Shown piece by piece: positions 57,132-64,000 of a stretch of DNA of 64,000 nucleotides. The translations under genes were made by a program, and so were the position numbers. Origin of the DNA: Candidatus Woesearchaeota archaeon (GTDB lineage Archaea; Nanobdellota; Nanobdellia; Woesearchaeales; JACJVV01); NCBI GenBank assembly GCA_020637495.1, contig JACJVV010000001.1, positions 205,082 to 269,081 of the forward strand. The letters run 5' to 3'. The notes under the pieces were generated by a model, which was not told the origin of the DNA, did not search any database, and saw only the letters and a list, made by a program, of their open reading frames with translations. Each line of letters opens with the position of its first letter. Position 1 is the stretch's first letter.

Positions 57132-58010
57132 ATGGTTAAACGAAAACTAGTGAAGCAAGGCAATGGGGCTTTGACACTAACATTACCCTTCAACTGGCTA
57201 TCTCAGAATAATCTTGAAAAAGGCGATTATCTAAACTTGACAGAGGCAGGTAGTGACCTGATTCTTTCTGTGGAAGGAGAGAAATCAGGAAAGGAATATG
57301 AGATTCTTATTTCAAATGATAGGCCATTTTTCAAACGATACTTAAGGAGCTGCTATGTTCTAGGATATGATAAAATTACACTAAGTTCTTCTCATCTGTT
57401 ACCAATTGCGCTGATAAAAAAAGCGATAAGTTCTTTGATCGGTTATGAGATAATCGAACAATCTTCAAAGCGATGCATTGTGGCTGTTGTAGCGTTGCCT
57501 TCCGATGAGAATTTTGATAGCGTCTTGAAACGTATATTTTTCATGGTCGAATCTATGCTTAATGAGATAATTGGTTCTTTAAAAGATCCAAATTCAAACC
57601 TGAAAGATATCGCTGAGATGGAAGAGTCCATCAACACTTTTGTCGATTTTTGTCTTAGGATATTGAATAAAAAAGGATATTCTAATTTCCATAAAACTCC
57701 ATACTTATATCAGATACTATCAAATCTTGAAGTATGTGGAGATGCATTGAGGGATTTCTGCCTTTATCACATGAAATCAGAAAAAGATGTCGAAAAAACA
57801 ATTCATATCCTAAATGATATCTATAAATATATGTCTTCTATCAGATCACTTTTCTATAAATATGAAATGTCTTCTATACAGAAAGTCAAAGAAATGAGAG
57901 TTGGAATAATAAAAAAATTAAGAAGTGATGGAAATGCCAGTCCTGACATATATCTGTTAGTGCAGATGTTACACCAGATGGAAGGCGCTTTGGATCCTCT
58001 CAACAACTAA
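57132..58010 (+). CDS. AbrB/SpoVT-domain protein with PhoU-like C-terminal helical repeats (archaeal phosphate-uptake-regulator-like)
   Basis: N-terminal swapped-hairpin VKQGNGALTLTLPFNWLSQNNLEKGDYLNLTEAGSDLIL. C-terminal helical repeats resembling PhoU (VLKRIFFMVESMLNEII...; YLYQILSNLEVCGDALRD). Confidence 0.5.
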   Translation: MVKRKLVKQGNGALTLTLPFNWLSQNNLEKGDYLNLTEAGSDLILSVEGEKSGKEYEILISNDRPFFKRYLRSCYVLGYDKITLSSSHLLPIALIKKAISSLIGYEIIEQSSKRCIVAVVALPSDENFDSVLKRIFFMVESMLNEIIGSLKDPNSNLKDIAEMEESINTFVDFCLRILNKKGYSNFHKTPYLYQILSNLEVCGDALRDFCLYHMKSEKDVEKTIHILNDIYKYMSSIRSLFYKYEMSSIQKVKEMRVGIIKKLRSDGNASPDIYLLVQMLHQMEGALDPLNN

Positions 58011-58047
58011 AGGATATTGTTCTTGCTTTTCCTATCATATGATATTC

Positions 58048-58257
58048 TTATATGATAATCTCTTCCATCAGGCTGTCAACTTTGGTCTCCATCCTTCCAT
58101 TTGTTTTGTCAACAACAGCTTCATAATACTCTATAGGCCTTATATCACTGATTATTGTCTGGTGAAGGATTAGATTACTATCCTGCACACGTCTGATCCT
58201 TGTTTGGATCAATGGCATTTTTTTAAGATGTTCCACTTTTTTTTCTGATAAACTCAT
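58048..58257 (-). CDS. Hypothetical small protein
   Basis: 69-aa ORF downstream of the NFACT-N-like gene. No motif recognised. Confidence 0.25.
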   Translation of the reverse strand: MSLSEKKVEHLKKMPLIQTRIRRVQDSNLILHQTIISDIRPIEYYEAVVDKTNGRMETKVDSLMEEIII

Positions 58258-58405
58258 TTATATCACCATCTAAAAATATTAATCCCAGAAATATATCTTT
58301 ATCTATTCCATAATTGAATTAATTCCGACACTCTCAAAAATTTTTCATCAGTCTAACTGTTTTTTTTGTTATCTATAAGAAGAAATTTTTTTATATTCAG
58401 AATAA

Positions 58406-59434
58406 TCAATCAATTTTTAATATTAATCTTCCTTTCTTTTCATCTATCGATCTAATAATATTATTATCCTTAAGCTTTTTCTTTATATCAGTCCACGTCA
58501 TTTCTTTCTTTGCTTTATTGATAGCATCGATAACAGTTTGGACCTTATTATAATTTTGATAGATCAGATCACCTTTCTTATTGCATTCATCTATTATCTG
58601 TTCCTGTTTTTCAATAGTTGCCTTCTGCATTTCCAGTATCTTCTCTGTTTTCGATTTGTTTTCAATATGTTCTTTTTCCTTGACTTCCTTCTCTTCAAGA
58701 ATCGCTCTTTCCGTCAACTTTTTATCAAGCAATGAATTGATTTTCATATCTTTATCCAATAAATCCTTTAAGATTTTTGCTAATCTATATGGATCCACTT
58801 CTTTTGGCCTACTTTCTTTTGGGATTCCCATCTCAGAACATATTATTTCTGCATATATCCCTCCAAATCCAACTTCTTTTGCAAGAAAGGTCACAATGCT
58901 ATCCATCATAGTCTTCCTGAGCTCTTCACTTAGATTAGGGTCATTAATTATATTTATCTTCCTTTCAGGAGGGATATAATCCTTTCCACTTTTGATTATC
59001 CTATCTTTCCATGTCTGGTGAGTCATAGGATAAATTATCTTCATATCCTTATTACATAAGATAATATTTCCATTACTGAATAACTCACAAATCAAGAAAT
59101 ATGACTGATCTTTCTTGGAGAATTCTATTCTAAGAACTCGTTCGAACCCAATCTGTTCAATATTTTGTAAAATTGCATTCCTGAGATATTTTCTTGTTAT
59201 TGTACAGAACTGTTGAGGCTTTACTGGCATCTCCTCTTTAAATGATGTTATGTATATGAAATTAGGCAGTGATATCTTCAAGAATCTTTTTCCTTGGCCT
59301 TTTATATAGAGTTGTAATATAAGTATATTATCTTTCTGGTATATATTTTCAACTTTTGAATTCTGAAGTATGCTAAATTCCTTAAGCAGATAATACAAAT
59401 CTAAAGCTGACAGTTCTTTGGGTATTTTCTCCAT
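58406..59434 (-). CDS. NFACT-N (FbpA/Tae2/RqcH N-terminal) domain protein, short form
   Basis: LSALDLYYLLKEFSILQNSKVENIYQKDNILILQLY matches NFACT-N, followed by a coiled coil. It ends without the NFACT-R/DUF814 domain. Confidence 0.5.
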   Translation of the reverse strand: MEKIPKELSALDLYYLLKEFSILQNSKVENIYQKDNILILQLYIKGQGKRFLKISLPNFIYITSFKEEMPVKPQQFCTITRKYLRNAILQNIEQIGFERVLRIEFSKKDQSYFLICELFSNGNIILCNKDMKIIYPMTHQTWKDRIIKSGKDYIPPERKINIINDPNLSEELRKTMMDSIVTFLAKEVGFGGIYAEIICSEMGIPKESRPKEVDPYRLAKILKDLLDKDMKINSLLDKKLTERAILEEKEVKEKEHIENKSKTEKILEMQKATIEKQEQIIDECNKKGDLIYQNYNKVQTVIDAINKAKKEMTWTDIKKKLKDNNIIRSIDEKKGRLILKID

Positions 59435-59453
59435 ATTGCAATGGTTATTTTTT

Positions 59454-60047
59454 TTAATTAATAAATCTTGACATTATTTTAATGCTTTCTTCTGTTTGTG
59501 AAGCCTTGAATAGGAATGCATTAATGCCTAGCTCATTTGCTGCTTCCACATTAATCTCCTCATCATCAAAATAGACTATATCTTCTGCTTTAACACCTAT
59601 GTCTTTGAGAACTTCAAGATAGAATCGTTTATTTGGCTTCTTCTCGCCAATCATACTGCTTGAATATATTTTTGTAAAATATTCAGACATATTTTTCTCT
59701 AAAAATCCAGTCCTATATTTCTCATTGTTCGTTACCATGAAGAACTTATTATGACAATTATTATTCTCTATGAACTTAATCAGCTCTTCATTTATTACAA
59801 ATTCAGAATTAAACCATAAATCAAGAAACCTGTCAACACCGTCATTCCAGTTCCAGTCATGTAGGTATGGTTGTAATTCTTCCTTTAGGTCCTTGGCACC
59901 AATTATGCATTCCTTAAACGGACCTGTGAAGAAGGGCAGCATTTTTTCAATAGGGACGTCATATTTGTTTGAATAAAATTTACTGAACTGTTCTCCGAGA
60001 ATAATGACGCCATCACAGTCAAAAAGAAATATCATCTTATGATTCAC
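59454..60047 (-). CDS. HAD-superfamily hydrolase
   Basis: IFLFDCDGVII motif I, MVTNNEKY region, VYFDDEEINVEAA motif IV. Confidence 0.65.
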   Translation of the reverse strand: MNHKMIFLFDCDGVIILGEQFSKFYSNKYDVPIEKMLPFFTGPFKECIIGAKDLKEELQPYLHDWNWNDGVDRFLDLWFNSEFVINEELIKFIENNNCHNKFFMVTNNEKYRTGFLEKNMSEYFTKIYSSSMIGEKKPNKRFYLEVLKDIGVKAEDIVYFDDEEINVEAANELGINAFLFKASQTEESIKIMSRFIN

Positions 60048-61234
60048 TTATCCTGCTTGTCTTTGTCTACGATCTCACCAGGAATAGTTGAGAGACCTGG
60101 CCATATCTTTCTTCCAGGATATATCAGTGTTGCAATACCTGTATGGACCATGTTTCCGAGGAATGCTCCAAGTTTTCTTCTTCCTGAATCTACTTTAATA
60201 CCCCTGACAATCGTCTTATGGCTGTTTCCATCATGCCTATAGTCAGCAGTTATTGTTCCTGCCCCAATATTTACATCTTCACCAATAACAGAGTGTCCAA
60301 TATAGCAATGGTGTTTTGCCTTAGAGTTCTTCATGAATACACAATCATACACTTCTCCTCCTATATGGCAATTGTCCATTATAACGGTATCTGGTCGTAT
60401 ATGTGCATTCGGACCTATGACACAATTTTTCCCAATAAAAACTGGTCCTTCTATGTAAGCCCCTGACATAATCCTTGAATTCTCACCTATATTGATATCA
60501 CCTTTCAATGTCACTCCATCTTCTACATCTCCAGAGATTATGTTTGGCTTCTCTCGTTTCAGCAAATCTATGTTTGCTTCAAGATAATTCCAAGGATATA
60601 CAATAGGTATCCAGAGATCTTTTACTTCAATAATTTTGAATTTTTCAAGGTGCCTTATAGCTGATGTGAGCTCAATCTCTCCACGTTCTGATTTTTCACA
60701 TTTTTCTAATATCTCAAATATTTCTGATGGAAGCAAATAACACCCAATATTTGCAAGGTTACCTATGGCATTTTTTGGTTTCTCAACCAGTTCAATCATG
60801 TTCTTCTCTTTATCTGTCCTATAAATCCCAAAATTCTCAGGAGTTTGTACATTTTTTGCCAATGCTCCATTATCATATCTGCAAAGATTCTTAATATCTT
60901 CTTTTGAGTACAAATCATCCCCATTCATGACGATGAATTTCCTTTCATTATTCAACACTTCTTTACACATCAATAATGCATGGCCTGTGCCTAACTGCTC
61001 TTTCTGTTCGACATAAATTAATCTTATACCTTTATACTCATGACCTAAATAGCTAATAATCTTATCTTTCATGAATCCTACAACAATGATTATCTCATCT
61101 ACGATTCCATTAACTTGATCGAGATTACGTTCAATTATAGTCTTCTCCAGGACATTAAGCAACGGTTTTGGCGTTTCTACTGTCAGTGGATAAGTTCTAG
61201 TAGATTTTCCTGCACACATCATGATAGCTTTCAT
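60044..61234 (-). CDS. glmU: Bifunctional sugar-1-phosphate nucleotidylyltransferase/acetyltransferase (archaeal GlmU-like)
   Basis: N-terminal MKAIMMCAGKSTRTYPLTVETPKPLL nucleotidyltransferase signature plus C-terminal left-handed beta-helix hexapeptide repeats. Confidence 0.8.
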   Translation of the reverse strand: MKAIMMCAGKSTRTYPLTVETPKPLLNVLEKTIIERNLDQVNGIVDEIIIVVGFMKDKIISYLGHEYKGIRLIYVEQKEQLGTGHALLMCKEVLNNERKFIVMNGDDLYSKEDIKNLCRYDNGALAKNVQTPENFGIYRTDKEKNMIELVEKPKNAIGNLANIGCYLLPSEIFEILEKCEKSERGEIELTSAIRHLEKFKIIEVKDLWIPIVYPWNYLEANIDLLKREKPNIISGDVEDGVTLKGDINIGENSRIMSGAYIEGPVFIGKNCVIGPNAHIRPDTVIMDNCHIGGEVYDCVFMKNSKAKHHCYIGHSVIGEDVNIGAGTITADYRHDGNSHKTIVRGIKVDSGRRKLGAFLGNMVHTGIATLIYPGRKIWPGLSTIPGEIVDKDKQDK

Positions 61235-62577
61235 ATACCAATCTCCTCAGTTATAGATTTTGCAATCTTTATAGCGATATTTCTTGCCTTATCCTCATCT
61301 TTTGCTTCAACCATGACCCTACAAAGATTTTCTGTTCCAGAATATCTTACAATTATTCTACCTTCATTTTCAAGCTCTTTCTGTGACTCATCTATCAAAG
61401 CATATGCTTTTAGGTCATTTATTTCTTTCTTCTCCTTTACCTTGACATTAATTAATTCTTGAGGATATACTTGCATGCCATCTGACAATTGTGATAAAGG
61501 TATTTTATATTCCTGAATTATTTTTGCAATGTTTAATCCTGTGATGATCCCGTCCCCAGTTGTTACATAATCTGATAATATGATGTGGCCTGATTGCTCT
61601 CCACCAAGATTTATACTCTTTTTTTTCATCTCCTCTATCACATACCTATCCCCAACTTTAGTTTCGATATAATCTATTCCCTTATTGTTCAAGAATTCCT
61701 TCAAGCCTAAATTTGACATGAGTGTGATCACAATCTTATTGGATCTTAACATTTTTTTATTATTGAGATCTTCAGCTAACATGGCTAGTATATGGTCACC
61801 AGTCAATATATTTCCCTTCTCATCACAGACTATTATCCTATCAGCATCACCATCTAATGCTATTCCAAAATCAGCCTTATTATCCACTATTATTTTAGAT
61901 ATTTTTCCAGGATATAGGGCACCACATCCTTTATTTATATTCTCACCGTCAGGTTCTGTATTCACAGCTATTATTTCAGCACCAAGCTCTGAGAATATAC
62001 TTGGTGCAACATTATATGCTGCACCATTCGCACAATCAATAACAATCCTTAGTCCTTCAAGAGAATAAGATTTGATAGATGATTTCGCAAATTCTATGTA
62101 TCTTCCTAATGCCTCATTAACACGTCTTGCTTTTCCAATCTTAATATTACCATCATGATCTATCCCATCAATCTCTTTCTCAATTTCAAGTTCAATCTCA
62201 TCAGGCAGCTTATAACCATCAGATCCGAATACCTTTATGCCATTATCTTCTGCAGGATTATGAGATGCACTAATCATTATCCCTGCATCAGCATTCATAG
62301 ATTTTGTCAGATGTGCCACTGCTGGCGTAGGCATAGGGCCAACTAGCAATACATCCACTCCTTGGCTGACAATACCTGCCTCAAGAGCTGATTCGAACAT
62401 ATAACCGCTCACTCTAGTATCTTTTCCAATTATGACCTTGTACTCTTTTTTATTCTCGGATCGTTTGAGGAACCTTGCCAATCCTTGGCCAAATCTTAAT
62501 GCAAATTCTGCAGTCATAGGGTATACATTTGCTTTTCCCCTTATTCCGTCTGTCCCAAAATATCTTTTCTCTTCCAT
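61231..62577 (-). CDS. glmM: Phosphoglucosamine mutase / phosphohexomutase
   Basis: Active-site GIMISASHNPAEDNGIKV, metal-binding DGDADR, sugar-binding GEQSGH. Confidence 0.85.
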   Translation of the reverse strand: MEEKRYFGTDGIRGKANVYPMTAEFALRFGQGLARFLKRSENKKEYKVIIGKDTRVSGYMFESALEAGIVSQGVDVLLVGPMPTPAVAHLTKSMNADAGIMISASHNPAEDNGIKVFGSDGYKLPDEIELEIEKEIDGIDHDGNIKIGKARRVNEALGRYIEFAKSSIKSYSLEGLRIVIDCANGAAYNVAPSIFSELGAEIIAVNTEPDGENINKGCGALYPGKISKIIVDNKADFGIALDGDADRIIVCDEKGNILTGDHILAMLAEDLNNKKMLRSNKIVITLMSNLGLKEFLNNKGIDYIETKVGDRYVIEEMKKKSINLGGEQSGHIILSDYVTTGDGIITGLNIAKIIQEYKIPLSQLSDGMQVYPQELINVKVKEKKEINDLKAYALIDESQKELENEGRIIVRYSGTENLCRVMVEAKDEDKARNIAIKIAKSITEEIGI

Positions 62578-62657
62578 TTTTTTTGAATCCTCTGAAAAAC
62601 ATATATTTCCTATGCCTAACTATCAAGTAATATTATCTTGTCCAATAACTTGCAAAT

Positions 62658-64000
62658 TCATTTAACAGTCACAGATTTAGCTAAATTTCTTGGCTTATCT
62701 GGATTACATCCTCGTTTCAATGCCAGATGATATGCTAAGATCTGGATCGGGATTATCATTGCAATAGGATTTGCATGCCCAAGCTCCCCTATCTTGATAA
62801 ATTCATCATATACCTCATTCTCTTTTGAGTTAATGCCTATCATATATCCTCCCCTGACTTTTATCTCGGAGGCATTACTAATAATCATATCCCTTGTCGC
62901 TTCTGTTGTTAACACAATGCAAGGAGTTCCTTTTTCAATAAGTGCGATAGTACCATGCTTAAGCTCTCCTCCTGGAAAACCTTCGGCGTGAATATAGGAA
63001 ACTTCTTTTATCTTCAATGCGCCTTCCAATGCAGAAGGGTATGCAAGATCCCTACCAATCAAGAACATTGAATTCTCCTCTTTTATCTTCTCAGCTATTT
63101 TCTCAAGCAATAAAAAATTGTTATCAATTATCTTTGTAACCTCTTCACCTGCTTTTCTTATTAGTTCTTTTGCTTTCTCTTCTTTGTCTACTATAGCATG
63201 CGCGAGAAGCAACAATATCGCAAGCTGGCTGGTATATGATTTAGTAGACAAGACACAGATTTCAGGTCCGGCATTCATCATTATATTCTTGTCTGACATT
63301 CTCGTTATAGTGGATCCCATCACATTCACTATCGAAACCACTTTCGAACCTTTCTCTTTTGCAGTCTTTATAGCGTCGATAAGATCCGCTGTCTCTCCAG
63401 ATTGTGATATTGCAACAACTACAGTCTTATCTGTCAGATAATCTTTATAATTCCTGAATTCTGATGCGATTGTAACATTTACATGACGTTTTGCGACATG
63501 TGTAAATACATATGAAGCAGAAACTGCAGCATGATAGCTTGTTCCACATCCAACAAAGAATATTCCGAAGGCATTTTTTAAAATATCACTGACCTCTTCT
63601 ACCAAGCTAGATGGCTGTTGTATGCTTTTCACGATAGTATTCTTTTGTTCATGGATCTCTTTGAGCATGAAATGTGCATATTCACCTTTTTTTGCTTGGT
63701 CAATATCCCAGTTTATGTGCTGTATTTCTTTCTTAATTATTTTATTATCAATGATGTCCCTGAACACAATGTCTTCTTTAATTATTCCATACTCATTATC
63801 TTCAATGTAATAAACTTCATTTGTGTATGATAGAAATGCAGGAACATCAGATGCAGCGAAGAATTCTTTTTCTCCACTCCCATCTGAGGTCTCCTTCATT
63901 CCTATGACCAGAGGTGATTCTTTTCGAGCAAAAAATATACCTTCTTCATCTTCATGCATCCCCACAATCGCAAAACTACCCTTTATCTTCAATATTGTTT
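62658..64000 (-). CDS. glmS: Glutamine--fructose-6-phosphate aminotransferase (GlmS), N-terminus beyond the window edge
   Basis: Two SIS domains and the C-terminal ...GCNPDKPRNLAKSVTVK. The upstream part belongs to the class II glutaminase domain, which continues past 64000. Confidence 0.85.
   Translation of the reverse strand, partial: TILKIKGSFAIVGMHEDEEGIFFARKESPLVIGMKETSDGSGEKEFFAASDVPAFLSYTNEVYYIEDNEYGIIKEDIVFRDIIDNKIIKKEIQHINWDIDQAKKGEYAHFMLKEIHEQKNTIVKSIQQPSSLVEEVSDILKNAFGIFFVGCGTSYHAAVSASYVFTHVAKRHVNVTIASEFRNYKDYLTDKTVVVAISQSGETADLIDAIKTAKEKGSKVVSIVNVMGSTITRMSDKNIMMNAGPEICVLSTKSYTSQLAILLLLAHAIVDKEEKAKELIRKAGEEVTKIIDNNFLLLEKIAEKIKEENSMFLIGRDLAYPSALEGALKIKEVSYIHAEGFPGGELKHGTIALIEKGTPCIVLTTEATRDMIISNASEIKVRGGYMIGINSKENEVYDEFIKIGELGHANPIAMIIPIQILAYHLALKRGCNPDKPRNLAKSVTVK

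Noticed and set aside
59136-59150. tRNA T-loop-like GTTCGAACC
   Set aside because: It is embedded in the NFACT-N-like CDS with no flanking acceptor or anticodon stem complementarity. No convincing tRNA was found in any intergenic region.

Overview
Coordinates are 1-based on the + strand, and I worked only from the sequence and the supplied ORF track; no searches were run. This is an AT-rich archaeal chromosomal segment, and essentially every long ORF is a recognisable archaeal core gene. The information-processing set includes Orc1/Cdc6, both PolD subunits (DP1/DP2), MCM, TBP, TFE, a histone, Hjc, FEN1, the tRNA splicing endonuclease, RNase Z, archaeal PheS/PheT, aIF2-beta, aNAC, Sec61-beta and SecD/SecF. 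Bacterial-type genes found in many archaea (gyrA, gatCAB, scpB) are also present, and several genes carry Shine-Dalgarno-like motifs. The lineage cannot be fixed from the sequence (Euryarchaeota or DPANN-like). The most distinctive element is a probable chromosomal replication origin at 54494-54872. Three ORB-like dyad elements with G-strings, two of them inverted, flank a roughly 270-bp, nearly pure A/T unwinding region. The region lies immediately upstream of the cdc6-DP1-DP2 operon, the same arrangement as the Pyrococcus oriC. An unannotated RNase P RNA sits on the minus strand at about 27487-27793, between the sec61-beta and HTH genes. It has CR-I and CR-V motifs and a compensatory P4 pairing. 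Both window ends carry minus-strand sugar-nucleotide operons. At 1-7714 a 7-gene NDP-sugar modification cluster has a thiamine-diphosphate E1 alpha/beta pair embedded between a 4,6-dehydratase and a DegT aminotransferase. At 59454-64000 lies glmS-glmM-glmU plus a HAD hydrolase, the complete UDP-GlcNAc route. The unexplained material worth follow-up is as follows. Two paralogous TrmB-family regulators in direct orientation bracket a 6.5-kb block (TBP, MCM, an RPA32-like OB-fold protein, a membrane protein plus His-rich coiled-coil protein pair). A 664-aa uncharacterised membrane protein is translationally coupled to a THUMP methylase. A ScpB homologue carries a 250-aa acidic tail and has no recognisable ScpA. 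A GNAT acetyltransferase is wedged between gatA and gatB. There is a solitary Mre11-like nuclease and a truncated NFACT-N protein. No CRISPR array, tRNA, rRNA, transposase or integrase was found. I cannot name any of these with confidence as a previously undescribed system; they are the candidates I would test.
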